Below are positions 17,621 through 27,894 of a stretch of DNA of 64,000 nt, piece by piece. The position numbers and the translations under genes are program-made. The notes beneath the pieces are model-generated. The model was given only the letters and a program-made list of their open reading frames with translations, was not told where the DNA came from and ran no database searches. Position 1 is the stretch's first letter. The number at the start of each line of letters is the position of its first letter. Location: IMG/VR virus record IMGVR_UViG_3300028603_000001, positions 1-64,000 of that record; one strand, given 5' to 3'. The DNA is from a virus. Taxonomy: Duplodnaviria > Caudoviricetes.

Positions 17621-18204
17621 TCTTTTACCTCAACATATTGCCAACTTTGAGGTGCGCGTGTGAGTGTTTTAGATTTACAATAAGATATTTCTTCTGTGCA
17701 TCTAATTGTATTTTTCTTATCACAACCATCACAAGAAGAAAAGAAATGCCTCAACTCTTTTGGATAATCAAATATTTCTAGGTTTTTAATGTGCCAAGCG
17801 TAAAGGTCTTTGCCTTTACCATAATCAAGCATTTGTTCATAACTCAATTGTAATTTGTTAAGATAAAATGAATCAATCAATCCATTACTTAAAGTTTTAC
17901 CATGGCACCAAACATATTCATTTTCTATATAAATAATGTCATCATACCCATCATACTCATCAAACCAAAATCTTGCTACTACTTTGCTGTTTAAGACTTC
18001 TACACAATCTGTAAAAGTAAGATAATGCTGTGTATAATACTTGTCTTTATATTTATATAAAATATCTTTTATACCTTTCGTACAATACAAATAAACCCAA
18101 CCAACAAACCCTTTAGGTATTGATTTTCTAATCTCTTTAGTCTTTTTGCCATTTAAAATATTTACCAAATGCTTCGCTTGTATCGACATTAATATTGCTT
18201 TCAT
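17617..18204 (-). CDS. ASCH/PUA-like domain protein
   Basis: ILMSI...ILNGKKTKEIRK...YAWHI...RAPQSWQYV. Confidence 0.85.
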   Translation of the reverse strand: MKAILMSIQAKHLVNILNGKKTKEIRKSIPKGFVGWVYLYCTKGIKDILYKYKDKYYTQHYLTFTDCVEVLNSKVVARFWFDEYDGYDDIIYIENEYVWCHGKTLSNGLIDSFYLNKLQLSYEQMLDYGKGKDLYAWHIKNLEIFDYPKELRHFFSSCDGCDKKNTIRCTEEISYCKSKTLTRAPQSWQYVEVKE

Positions 18205-18218
18205 TATTTATCACCCCT

Positions 18219-18458
18219 TTATGGTTTAATATGTATAATTATTTCTATATCTTTAAACTGAATGTTATATCTAAATTTTATAGAATGAACTTTTTTATTC
18301 TTAATTTTTTTATCAAGTATTAAATTTTCTGTATAATCTGCTAATTCTAAATTAGCATAATCAATATTATCTTTATTAAAACTATGCACACAAATATATA
18401 ACCCATCTTGTTCTTTAAGTTTACTTATTAGTTTTTTAAGTTTCATAATCAAACACAT
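18219..18458 (-). CDS. Hypothetical protein
   Basis: Co-oriented ORF. Confidence 0.6.
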   Translation of the reverse strand: MCLIMKLKKLISKLKEQDGLYICVHSFNKDNIDYANLELADYTENLILDKKIKNKKVHSIKFRYNIQFKDIEIIIHIKP

Positions 18459-18508
18459 CCTGCTCTTTTTTCTATAAATTACGATTTAATACCTTCTCAT
18501 AAATTTTT

Positions 18509-19246
18509 TCAAATAATCGGTATAATATCATACTCTTCTTCCTGACTTTTTTCATTCAAATAATCAGCATATTTTTGTGCTTCTCCTTTATTGGTGAAGT
18601 ATGTATAATATATACTTTTAGGCAGATTATCGATATCAAATTTATCAAGTATAATTCCTTTGGTTTTAATTTCTGCATCACCGAATCCAAATATATTTGT
18701 GCTTGAAAAGTCACTGTCTTCTTTTCTTAAAGCCATCCAAAAATTATTATCTCTTTCACTTTTTTGGATATAAAGGTTTAAATTTGCTTTTTCAGCGATG
18801 TATTTAGTTTTTGTAATAGTACACTTACATTTTACTTTATATTCTCTACCTGAGTCATCTTTTAATATAATATTTCTATTTGAATCACATAAGTCACATT
18901 TTTTGCTTTTTACTTCTTTATCATTAACCTGATATAAAGTTCTTGCTTCAAATGCCTTTTCTAAAAAGTCTTTTAGCTTATCATCATAAAAGTCACTTCT
19001 AACAATATTAATGTTTTGTTTTTTTTGTGTTTCTAGTTCTCTAATTTTAGTTTTTAATTCATTTTCAAGCGTATTCCAATTTCTTTTAACTTCTTGTAAC
19101 TTTGCATTTTCTTCTCTTAACTTTGCAATTTCTTTTTGATGCTCTTCTTTTACACTTTTAATTAAACTTTGCTTAAATTTTTCTATTTGAGCATCAAATT
19201 CATTATAATTATCATAATAATCATCGTAATCATATGTACTACTCAT
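18509..19246 (-). CDS. Coiled-coil and Zn-finger hypothetical protein
   Basis: Heptad region then CDLC...CKC. Confidence 0.75.
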   Translation of the reverse strand: MSSTYDYDDYYDNYNEFDAQIEKFKQSLIKSVKEEHQKEIAKLREENAKLQEVKRNWNTLENELKTKIRELETQKKQNINIVRSDFYDDKLKDFLEKAFEARTLYQVNDKEVKSKKCDLCDSNRNIILKDDSGREYKVKCKCTITKTKYIAEKANLNLYIQKSERDNNFWMALRKEDSDFSSTNIFGFGDAEIKTKGIILDKFDIDNLPKSIYYTYFTNKGEAQKYADYLNEKSQEEEYDIIPII

Positions 19247-19481
19247 ATTCTTTCTCTCCTATTTTATTTTTATATATCCCAACCAAGGTTTTTATTTCAT
19301 TATCAATTTCATCAACTCTAATAACCACATCAATACCAGCCCTCCACCACTCATCTTCTTTGGTTAATGTGTACATTTCTTTAACTAGATTAAAAAAATG
19401 CGTTAGTTTTTTATTTTCTTCACGTAAATTCAATATTTCCAACGACATATCATTAATTAGATTTTTTTCTTTATTAGTCAT
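19239..19481 (-). CDS. Hypothetical protein
   Basis: Coupled ORF. Confidence 0.65.
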   Translation of the reverse strand: MTNKEKNLINDMSLEILNLREENKKLTHFFNLVKEMYTLTKEDEWWRAGIDVVIRVDEIDNEIKTLVGIYKNKIGEKEYE

Positions 19482-19906
19482 TTTGTTCCCTCCAATAATT
19501 CTTTGTTATCATGTATGTTGCCAATTACTTCAATAAGCATGTCGTGCTTATATGCACTTCCTCTAGATCTATGACCTAATCTTATATCAAGACTTTTATA
19601 AACTACTACATAACCCAGTTCTTGCTGTAAAAATAATGTATAACCAACATTACCTTGTTTATCTATCAATATATCTCCTTCATAAATACCTTTATTGTTC
19701 TTATCATAAAGTCTGATAAATTGTCCTACTGTTTCAGGAATGACTTCATACCATTCAATAGCATATAACTCTATACCATCTCTGAAATTACCTGAGACTT
19801 CAATTTCTGATATAATATAAGATTTATCACCTCGCGCAACCAAATACCCATATACCCATTTGCCATCTCTTTTAGATTTACCTCTAAACTCAATTTCTCT
19901 AACCAT
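19478..19906 (-). CDS. YopX family protein
   Basis: REIEFRGK...WVYG...ETVGQF...IYEGDI...EVIGNIHDNKELL. Confidence 0.9.
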   Translation of the reverse strand: MVREIEFRGKSKRDGKWVYGYLVARGDKSYIISEIEVSGNFRDGIELYAIEWYEVIPETVGQFIRLYDKNNKGIYEGDILIDKQGNVGYTLFLQQELGYVVVYKSLDIRLGHRSRGSAYKHDMLIEVIGNIHDNKELLEGTK

Positions 19907-20008
19907 TTTCTTTCACCTCTTGTTATCTTTGAAATTTCTATTTCTGAACTGTGTCTTTTTGTAATTCTTTTATAGATTATTTAATTGTTTTACTTCTAAT
20001 CATATTAA

Positions 20009-20017
20009 TATACAATT
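20009..20017 (-). promoter_or_regulatory. AATTGTATA promoter-like motif heading the small-gene array
   Basis: Recurring motif immediately downstream of a terminator. Confidence 0.55.
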
Positions 20018-20034
20018 TATATTAAAGATAACAG

Positions 20035-20065
20035 AAAAAATCTTAATATTTTATTATTAAGATTT
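20035..20065 (-). terminator. Intrinsic terminator
   Basis: AAATCTTAATA/TATTAAGATTT hairpin with T-run. Confidence 0.6.
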
Positions 20066-20116
20066 GATGTTTATATTCTTTATAATATATATATCATTTA
20101 TTTGTTATGATATTTG

Positions 20117-20419
20117 TCATATGTTTTTTTCTTTTTTAATAGTTTCTTCAAGTCTGGTATAAATATCCCTTGTTTTATTAGACTCGACAATAACTGCATT
20201 CTGTATAGCGGCTATTTCTGCATCACTCAATTTATTTTCACCTTTTTGTCGCTCGTCTAAGAATGCATTCATAATTGAAATTATTATATTTAATGCTTCT
20301 GTTCTAGCTAGTAAACTTGTTGTATCTACAGTTGTATTATAATTAAATTCAAACTTTTTAGCTGCTTTTTCAGCTACTCTTTCATCAAAACTTTTCGTAT
20401 CTTTTTTATTATCTTCCAT
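20117..20419 (-). CDS. Hypothetical protein
   Basis: ORF with SD. Confidence 0.7.
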   Translation of the reverse strand: MEDNKKDTKSFDERVAEKAAKKFEFNYNTTVDTTSLLARTEALNIIISIMNAFLDERQKGENKLSDAEIAAIQNAVIVESNKTRDIYTRLEETIKKEKNI

Positions 20420-20452
20420 TACTCTATTATCCTTTCGATTTATATTTTATGT

Positions 20453-20797
20453 TTATTTGTTTAATAGATTACCTAGTTCAGGTGTATCAAAATCTAGAAC
20501 GCTTTTTATTCCGATAGGTATTTTCAAAAACTTTCTAATATGATATCTTAACTTGTAAATATCTTCTTTTGCTTGGTCAATGCTTGAATATTTTTTTGCT
20601 AGTCTAATATCTTTAGTTCCATATAATAATTCATTCTCATTATAACAGACTGCATCAACATCTGCTATATTTCCCAAGAACATTATCTCCTTATTTGTTG
20701 GCTCAATAAAAAATATTATATATCTTTCAAAATTGTCTGTATCATTATTTTGTTGATTTATCATTAATATGTTCCAGCATTTTTTGATGATTTTCAA
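20453..20797 (-). CDS. Hypothetical protein
   Basis: Co-oriented ORF; start uncertain. Confidence 0.6.
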   Translation of the reverse strand: MKIIKKCWNILMINQQNNDTDNFERYIIFFIEPTNKEIMFLGNIADVDAVCYNENELLYGTKDIRLAKKYSSIDQAKEDIYKLRYHIRKFLKIPIGIKSVLDFDTPELGNLLNK

Positions 20798-21218
20798 AGT
20801 CAGTTACAACAACATACTCAGTAGTATTTTTTACTGTCATATCTTCTAAATGCTTAGCTAAATTTTCATCTTTTTTAAGAGCTTTTTTTAGCGCATTTTT
20901 ATCAAGGGATTCTGTAATTTTTGTTTTAATGTAGTTAGCTTGATATTTTTCTTTTAAATAAGCTATAACGGCAGCTTCATCTGAATATCCAACGCTTTCT
21001 CTAGAAAACTTCTGTGCAACTAATTTTTTATCTAGTATCTCATATTGTGTTTCATTGATATTATTTAATTCTAAAAGTAATTCTTTTGATAAGTTTTCAA
21101 TTTGCTCTTTATCTTTAGAAACATTCTCTTTCATACTATCTAAAATAATTTCGTTCGATTTTACCTTTGTTTTTAAATTAAAAATGTCTTCGATTAACTG
21201 ATCTATTTTTGATGTCAT
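20745..21218 (-). CDS. Gam/Gp157-like coiled-coil protein
   Basis: Coiled coil then YIKTKITESLDKNALKKALK. Confidence 0.55.
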   Translation of the reverse strand: MTSKIDQLIEDIFNLKTKVKSNEIILDSMKENVSKDKEQIENLSKELLLELNNINETQYEILDKKLVAQKFSRESVGYSDEAAVIAYLKEKYQANYIKTKITESLDKNALKKALKKDENLAKHLEDMTVKNTTEYVVVTDFENHQKMLEHINDKSTK

Positions 21219-21284
21219 TATTTTACTTTCCTCCTAAAATATTATACTCTACCTAATTCTCAAAAAGATTGGTATTCTTTTGCT

Positions 21285-21881
21285 TTATGATAATTTTTCT
21301 TTATTAGCTGTTAGAGACCTATTGAAACTAGCAGGTTTTAATTCTTTCAATTGTTCTCTGTTATATATAAGCTCACCGTTTAAATATATTTGCTCACCAT
21401 GCATTAACACTTCGTCTTTATGTATTGGTAAAACATAATCATTAAGAAAGTTAACTTTTATACGTCCTTCTTCACAGTAATATTTTTCAGGTTCTATTGG
21501 TTCTCCTGTAATACATAATTGATTAAACAACACATGCGGATTTTTAAACACTTGATTTTCAAATACAAACATTACTGGTTCTTTAACAACAAAAACATCT
21601 TTCCAGTAACTATATCGCTCTTTAATTTTTTCTATCATTAACTGCGTTTCTACCAAATTTGCTGGTAGACTATCACATACGACCTTCCAATTATCACCGT
21701 AGCTCTCTTTCACATAAAGAGTTCCCTTAAAACCAGACCTTATCAGCTCATGTTCTTCGGCATCAAACCAAATATCGCTATCAACTTCTCTAAAACGGTA
21801 TGTATCCTCTAACACAATTTTAAATAAAGGGAAAATTTCTTTATTTAAGAGGTTAATAGATTTTTCTGTTAACTTTCTCAT
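21285..21881 (-). CDS. Hypothetical protein
   Basis: ORF with SD behind AATTGTAT motif (21916-21924). Confidence 0.75.
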   Translation of the reverse strand: MRKLTEKSINLLNKEIFPLFKIVLEDTYRFREVDSDIWFDAEEHELIRSGFKGTLYVKESYGDNWKVVCDSLPANLVETQLMIEKIKERYSYWKDVFVVKEPVMFVFENQVFKNPHVLFNQLCITGEPIEPEKYYCEEGRIKVNFLNDYVLPIHKDEVLMHGEQIYLNGELIYNREQLKELKPASFNRSLTANKEKLS

Positions 21882-21924
21882 TATATATTTCCTTTCTAGT
21901 TGTTTGTTATAAAAATATACAATT

Positions 21925-21952
21925 AAAAAAGAAGTGTTTTTGTAACACTTCG
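21925..21952 (-). terminator. Intrinsic terminator
   Basis: GAAGTGTT-ACAAA-AACACTTC followed by TTTTTT. Confidence 0.8.
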
Positions 21953-21966
21953 TTTCTTAGTTTAGT

Positions 21967-24006
21967 TTATTTATCTCTTTTATATTTTCTTGTTTTTTGC
22001 GTTTCACGATATTTAGAAGTTTTATATTTTTTACTTCTTCTTCTAACATCACGCATCAATTTATTTCTATTATCTTTATACCATTTGATTCCTTTTTCGC
22101 CAGCTTCTTTTCTGGCTTTAATAGCTTTAGCTTTTGATGTAAAGTCTCCTAAATATGTTCTAACCCCATCTATTTCAATATAAGCTCTCCATTTGTTATA
22201 AGGCTCACCCTTAAAGGTCTTAACAAACGAAACGCCTGTATATCCTGAAGTATTATTTGATAATTTCTTTTTACCTGAGTATAAATCTTGGATATTATCT
22301 ATTTTAGCTTCTATGTTTGTGTCACTGCAAACACATGAACCATATTTATCTGGATCATTTATAAGATTTGATAAAAATACTGTCTTTTCTCTTCCACAAT
22401 TAATACACACTGTATGGGCAAATAATCTTTTCTTACCATATTTTTTACGTCTAAAAATGTTGTCTATCTTTTGAATATTATGCACATCACCAATCATATC
22501 ATCTAATTCTTCTTTAGAATATTTCTCTTCAATAATTTCTGCAGTTAGCGCAGATTCAGTTAAGCGCTTAGTTGTCAAGCTATAATCGGTTTGATCATTA
22601 TACATATAATATTTGCCGCTCTGATTATCATATAGCATAGTATCTATTTGAATATGCTTTCCAAATTTTTTATAATATTTATCGATAACATTATTAAACT
22701 CTCTTGAGCTTCTTGGAATGCTAATAGAATTATTTTCAGCTGTTTCTTCTTCTAATGTTTTTCCTTCTTCTGCGTCCTTTTCCATTTTAACTAATCTATC
22801 ATAATAATCTGAAAATTCAACTAGATGATCCATCGCTATTTTTTTAGCATGTTCTGGATCAGATGTATGTTCTTGTTCAATTTGGATCCCAATTTCAAGC
22901 TGTTTTTCTATATCTTCTACAGTCACATTATGTTTTTTAGCGATATCTTCAACAGTCATTCCATTTGCTTCTCCGCCAGCTGTTTCTGTTAAATCAGCAG
23001 CTTTAACGTCTTTAGCAACAGTATCATGAAAAACTAAATTACCGCAATATTTTTGTTTAAAATCTTCAACATCTTTATTAGACATTTTTTCACCTCGATA
23101 AACATTCGTACCAGCGATAACTGTAAAATTATCTTCTGTTATATTATATTTTGAAATATAATCTTGAATAATATTAACAACATATGGTTTATCTGGATCG
23201 CTAAATGATCTACTATAAGAAGCATTATATCCATAACGGTATGAATTTTTAAGCATTAACTTACCATCTTTAAATATAGATATATCTATACCATCCGCGT
23301 TTAAACCACTCCCAACAGAAATTTGTAACCTATAGTTGTTGTCGTTGTTATTGTTATTATTATTATCAGTAAGCGATTCTTTTATATCCATTTGATTTTG
23401 AATAAGAGGTAAACCAAATTCTTTATCAAGGGTGTGAGCAAAATCAACAATCTCTTGATTATCAGTATATAAACCAGCATCATGATATTTTTTATCTGTA
23501 TAAATTTTTTTAAATGCTTTTTTTAAATCTTCATATGATTCTTTATCACCAAAATCGTCTAAGCATTCTTCTTTTGATTCACCATCGGGCCAGATATATA
23601 ACCAACCAGTACCATAATAAGCTTCTTCATTATCCATAGCAGCGATAATTTCAGCTAATTTCCATGAAAGCTCACCATAAGAAGGTTTAAAATCTTCATC
23701 TAAATCGCTACTCTTTATGCGCCTGATATCAGCAAAATCGATACCTTTTGTGTCTTTAACCCATTTTTCAAACTCATTCCATTTATCTTCTAGAAAAACT
23801 ATGTCTGCAGGTGTATCAAACCCATTAGGATAAAAAGTTTTCATAAAGCCTTTTCGACCATAAACTAATTCTGCTAAATCTACATTATAAAAATCACTTA
23901 AATCTTGATAAATATCTCTAATCTCAGATGATTGCGATTCATCTAATACTTCTTCATCGATATTTTCCATTCTAAGTTGCTTTAAAGCTTCTTCAATTGT
24001 TTTCAT
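21967..24006 (-). CDS. Multidomain probable virion-internal polyprotein (DUF5661-like domain; C-terminal Zn ribbon and AP2-like DNA-binding domain)
   Basis: GIQIEQEHT...IAMDHL.E..DYY; NNTSGYTGVS...KWRAYI...YLG.F; (L/I)xE motifs at domain borders. Confidence 0.7.
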   Translation of the reverse strand: MKTIEEALKQLRMENIDEEVLDESQSSEIRDIYQDLSDFYNVDLAELVYGRKGFMKTFYPNGFDTPADIVFLEDKWNEFEKWVKDTKGIDFADIRRIKSSDLDEDFKPSYGELSWKLAEIIAAMDNEEAYYGTGWLYIWPDGESKEECLDDFGDKESYEDLKKAFKKIYTDKKYHDAGLYTDNQEIVDFAHTLDKEFGLPLIQNQMDIKESLTDNNNNNNNDNNYRLQISVGSGLNADGIDISIFKDGKLMLKNSYRYGYNASYSRSFSDPDKPYVVNIIQDYISKYNITEDNFTVIAGTNVYRGEKMSNKDVEDFKQKYCGNLVFHDTVAKDVKAADLTETAGGEANGMTVEDIAKKHNVTVEDIEKQLEIGIQIEQEHTSDPEHAKKIAMDHLVEFSDYYDRLVKMEKDAEEGKTLEEETAENNSISIPRSSREFNNVIDKYYKKFGKHIQIDTMLYDNQSGKYYMYNDQTDYSLTTKRLTESALTAEIIEEKYSKEELDDMIGDVHNIQKIDNIFRRKKYGKKRLFAHTVCINCGREKTVFLSNLINDPDKYGSCVCSDTNIEAKIDNIQDLYSGKKKLSNNTSGYTGVSFVKTFKGEPYNKWRAYIEIDGVRTYLGDFTSKAKAIKARKEAGEKGIKWYKDNRNKLMRDVRRRSKKYKTSKYRETQKTRKYKRDK

Positions 24007-24048
24007 ACTTTAATTTCTCCTGTATATCTTACATGTATTTTATCATAT

Positions 24049-24057
24049 AATTTAGCA
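24049..24057 (-). promoter_or_regulatory. Putative late promoter TGCTAAATT
   Basis: Recurring motif upstream of virion genes. Confidence 0.7.
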
Positions 24058-24100
24058 AAATGATTATAGATTATTAATTTGATATTATATTTTTTTAATA

Positions 24101-24631
24101 CTATTCTTTTTCTATTATCTTATCAGATACATCTGATAGAAGTAAAGCTGTTAATTTTGCAGATTCTATTTTTTCATCAAATTCTTGTATCTTATTTTTA
24201 TATAATTTGCTTTCTGTTATATCTTTTAAATATTCTTCATTAAACTTTTCAAGAGTTATCTTAAAATCACCTTTTTGAATCAAATGCAAAAATCTATCTA
24301 AACTCATATATGTTTTCTTTCTGCGTCCTTTAACATCTATCATAATTGTTAGGTATATATTTCCATTTGAGTTCTTAGCATCATCAACAACACATACCTT
24401 TTTCTTCGCATTCAGAAACCATAGCTTATAATTAGTTTTTCCATGTGTAAAGATAATTTTTTTAATTTCTGGTTTTGGGTAATCTGCTTCAAAAGAATAT
24501 AAAGTTCTGGTAAAAGTTTCACCTTTAATTGTTGTGAAAGTTTTTGTCCTAGGGAAATTCGCAATAAATTTTGCTTTTTCTTTTTTTAACTCAAGAACTT
24601 TTTGAGCAGAATTATGAAGCTCTTTTTTCAT
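24101..24631 (-). CDS. Hypothetical basic protein
   Basis: ORF; start lacks an SD and may be a frameshifted continuation of 24648-24767. Confidence 0.6.
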   Translation of the reverse strand: MKKELHNSAQKVLELKKEKAKFIANFPRTKTFTTIKGETFTRTLYSFEADYPKPEIKKIIFTHGKTNYKLWFLNAKKKVCVVDDAKNSNGNIYLTIMIDVKGRRKKTYMSLDRFLHLIQKGDFKITLEKFNEEYLKDITESKLYKNKIQEFDEKIESAKLTALLLSDVSDKIIEKE

Positions 24632-24846
24632 GCTAATATCTTTAAATTCATTGATATTGGCTTTTTTCTGTTTGATCTGCTGTGTTTACTGCGCTATTAA
24701 AGCGCTCATTAATACCATTATCATTAAATAATTTGCTTCTTTTTGTTGCTTCTTTTATTGTTATCATATGTGAAATATTACTCCTTATGTTTTATTCTTC
24801 AAACTAATATACAATAAAATTGTTATAAAGAAATAAAAAAAGCAAA

Positions 24847-26379
24847 CTAATTGCTTTCTTTCTTCCATAAATATTTTTTTGAACCTGCTCCATATAATCT
24901 ATAATCAATTAAATTTTTAATTTCTTTATATCTGTGCGGCTGTCTCTTAACAATTTTTCCATTTATTATATATTTCAAATCTGGACCTGTAATCCCTATT
25001 AACTTCATTCCTAGCTGCTCATAAGAGTTACCATTAAATTTATTAAAATCACAATAACTAAATACATTATCTGGATTATAATCTCGAACAAAATGTGTAA
25101 ATAATTTTGAGACTCCACCAACAACAATATTATTAGACCCCGGACATCCTCTTATAATTTCCCAACTATTATCAGTTTTTAGGTTTTTATTATATCGCGT
25201 CTTACTAAAACTCATTAATTGAACTAATTCATCATTATAAAATAACCCATAAGTAATCTGAGCATTTCGATGGTTTTGTAAATGGTTTTTATCATTAAAC
25301 TCTCTAGCTTCTTTGTTTGTTATTTGTTTTATAGTACAATTTCTAGCAAAAACTTTCGTGCTATACTTACCTAATGCTATTTTAAAAAGTGTTTTTATTT
25401 TATCCTGCATCTCTAACCATTCATGCTCATATATATGAATTAATCTAATATTTAAAAGAGATGCTTCTATACTTTTTTGTTGATGATAATTATTATGTTT
25501 GAATAGATCTGAATGCCAATAATCACCATTAAATTCAATTCCTATTTTAGCATCTTCTATATATATGTCTATCTTTTTATTCTTTAATACATCAGTGACA
25601 TTTCTGCGGATGTTTGTAATACCAATAGATTCTAAAAACGCTACTATTTCATTCTCATAATTAGATTTACCATCAAATTTATAATTTATATAATCTTTTA
25701 GTCCCATTCTAGTTACCCAATTTTGAATAGTATAATATGGGGCGTTAAAAATTTTTACTAAATCGAAATAACTATAGTTTTTAGATTTTAAAAAGGCAGC
25801 AGCTTTTTGCTTATCTTCATACAAATCTTTAAAAATATCTGAATAATTGCTTTTATTTAAAATATTATTAATTATTGTATTTTTTGTCTTTTTAAGTTTA
25901 AAGCTGTTGTCTTCACCATAAAGGTTAAGCATGGTATCTTTATATTTTTCGCGATTGTTATAGTTTTCATTATTATATTTTATTTTTTTTGTTAATTTAT
26001 TTTGTTCTACATTATTGTAATTTTCATCACCATATTTTTCTAATTTTGTGCGTTTTCTTTTTTTTATGGTTTCTTGTAACTTGCATGGATGTTCCACTCC
26101 ATATTTTTCTATATTAGAGTTTACAATTTTCTCTTTAATAGCTGGAGATGATGCAGAATGCTCATACCCATATCTATCAAGGCATGTTTTTTTTCGCATT
26201 TCTAAAATAAGACTTTTATCTTTTTTTATATTGTATTCTCGCATTAATTTAGATAAATACCACATAGAAATATTTAATATTTTAGCTGTATCCTCTTTTG
26301 TATTATTTTCTTCAATATAAACGCGCAATATTTCAGTATATAATTTATCTTCTATTATATTATCTTTTTGGTTACTCAT
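24847..26379 (-). CDS. Hef-like (Vsr / PD-(D/E)xK) homing endonuclease
   Basis: KTxLxKYG repeats; IDIYI...GIEFNGDYWHS; IHIYEHEW; FNDKNHLQ; free-standing next to the capsid gene. Confidence 0.8.
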   Translation of the reverse strand: MSNQKDNIIEDKLYTEILRVYIEENNTKEDTAKILNISMWYLSKLMREYNIKKDKSLILEMRKKTCLDRYGYEHSASSPAIKEKIVNSNIEKYGVEHPCKLQETIKKRKRTKLEKYGDENYNNVEQNKLTKKIKYNNENYNNREKYKDTMLNLYGEDNSFKLKKTKNTIINNILNKSNYSDIFKDLYEDKQKAAAFLKSKNYSYFDLVKIFNAPYYTIQNWVTRMGLKDYINYKFDGKSNYENEIVAFLESIGITNIRRNVTDVLKNKKIDIYIEDAKIGIEFNGDYWHSDLFKHNNYHQQKSIEASLLNIRLIHIYEHEWLEMQDKIKTLFKIALGKYSTKVFARNCTIKQITNKEAREFNDKNHLQNHRNAQITYGLFYNDELVQLMSFSKTRYNKNLKTDNSWEIIRGCPGSNNIVVGGVSKLFTHFVRDYNPDNVFSYCDFNKFNGNSYEQLGMKLIGITGPDLKYIINGKIVKRQPHRYKEIKNLIDYRLYGAGSKKYLWKKESN

Positions 26380-26464
26380 TATAAATTCTCCACTTCTTAG
26401 ATATTATATTATACAATTAATTTAGCTTGTATAACAACGTAAAACCTAATATATGCTAAGCAAT

Positions 26465-26495
26465 AAAAAAAGAAAGCTTATTTCTAAGCTTTCTC
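26465..26495 (-). terminator. Intrinsic terminator after the major capsid gene
   Basis: AGAAAGCTTA-GAAA-TAAGCTTTCT followed by T-run. Confidence 0.85.
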
Positions 26496-26516
26496 TATTT
26501 ATAATATATTAATTAA

Positions 26517-27854
26517 TTATTCACCTGATTCAGGAAGATCGAACACGATTGGATCAAGAGCTTCATCAACAACTGTTCCTTTAACTAATAAGTATGGATT
26601 TAACATCTTTAAATCATAAAGAGTACTGAATCCTTGACTCATGGCACCGTCTGAGAAACCAAGTAATTGTGTAGGAACGATTGCCATATATGGAGCATAA
26701 ACAGCAGCAGATGTTAACATATCTCCACCATTATATCCTAATACGAACGTACCAGCAGCAACAGCAGGGCTAATATAAACTTTAATTCCATTTAATTCAC
26801 CAGCGAAGTATGGACCATTGATTTTAGCGCTTGAAGCAGCTTTCCAACCATCCATTAATGTTAAGATTGGTTTTAATGAACTTGATGCGATCATGTAGTT
26901 AGCAGCATGTTTTTTAGTAGCATCATAGATGTGTTGTGAACCTAATTCGATAATTTCTGCGAAACCAGCATAATGATCACGTTTAGAAACACCGATAGGT
27001 AATCTCTTGTTCCATGTCATATCAGCATGAGAAGCGTTTGCGTTTGTAACCAATAGGTTAACAACTTCAGTATCTATTTCATAACTTAATTCAGCACAAG
27101 CTTGTGTAGCTAGGATTTCACCTAGATCAACACCCATTTCTGTTTTAGCTTGGAATGCAGCTAATTGTGAATAATAAATACCAACTCTACGAGCTTTAGC
27201 AGCTAATTCAATACCTTCTAAGCTAGCAGTTAATTGTGGAACATCGTTTTGCGGAATTACCACGTTATCATATTGATATTTAATCTTGCTATAAAGACCA
27301 GCAGCAACTGTAACTGAACCACTAGTTAAAGTTAATTCAACTTCTTCTCCATCTGCAGCTTTGATACCGATAACTTTTCCACCAACTACAGGTGTCCAAG
27401 CTGGGGTAATAGTTGTTTCTAGTGCTCCAACAGCTTCTACAACATGAGCAGCAGTATAATTTTGACGGCTTTCATTCATATCACCTAATCTGAATGGATC
27501 ATTGAATAGGTCACCTTGATTTACTCCACCTTTATTTGAACCTGCTTTGAATTGAAGGTATTGGATATATCCAGTTCTTGATTTCATTGGGTACACGATA
27601 ACTAAATCATTAGCGATTAAGCTAGGTAATGCAACAGTAGTTAAATCTAAGCAGAATTTTTTAAATGATTTCATGTTAGCGAATTGAGTTCCAACACTAT
27701 TTTCAAATGCTTCTGTAATATACTCAGATGTATTTGCTAATACACGAGCTATTGCGATTTTTTTACTTTCAGATAATGGTCTTCCACCATGTTCTTTTTC
27801 ATACACTTTTTCAGAAATTGATAATTTCTTTCTAAAAGCTTCAACTATATTCAT
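26517..27854 (-). CDS. Major capsid protein (T4 gp23-like)
   Basis: LIANDLV.V.PM, AKARR, ELSYEIDTEV, AVYAPY; strong codon bias; follows the protease. Confidence 0.92.
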   Translation of the reverse strand: MNIVEAFRKKLSISEKVYEKEHGGRPLSESKKIAIARVLANTSEYITEAFENSVGTQFANMKSFKKFCLDLTTVALPSLIANDLVIVYPMKSRTGYIQYLQFKAGSNKGGVNQGDLFNDPFRLGDMNESRQNYTAAHVVEAVGALETTITPAWTPVVGGKVIGIKAADGEEVELTLTSGSVTVAAGLYSKIKYQYDNVVIPQNDVPQLTASLEGIELAAKARRVGIYYSQLAAFQAKTEMGVDLGEILATQACAELSYEIDTEVVNLLVTNANASHADMTWNKRLPIGVSKRDHYAGFAEIIELGSQHIYDATKKHAANYMIASSSLKPILTLMDGWKAASSAKINGPYFAGELNGIKVYISPAVAAGTFVLGYNGGDMLTSAAVYAPYMAIVPTQLLGFSDGAMSQGFSTLYDLKMLNPYLLVKGTVVDEALDPIVFDLPESGE

Positions 27855-27894
27855 ATTTTTCTCCTTATTTAATTTTAATTTCTAGTTTTCTTAT

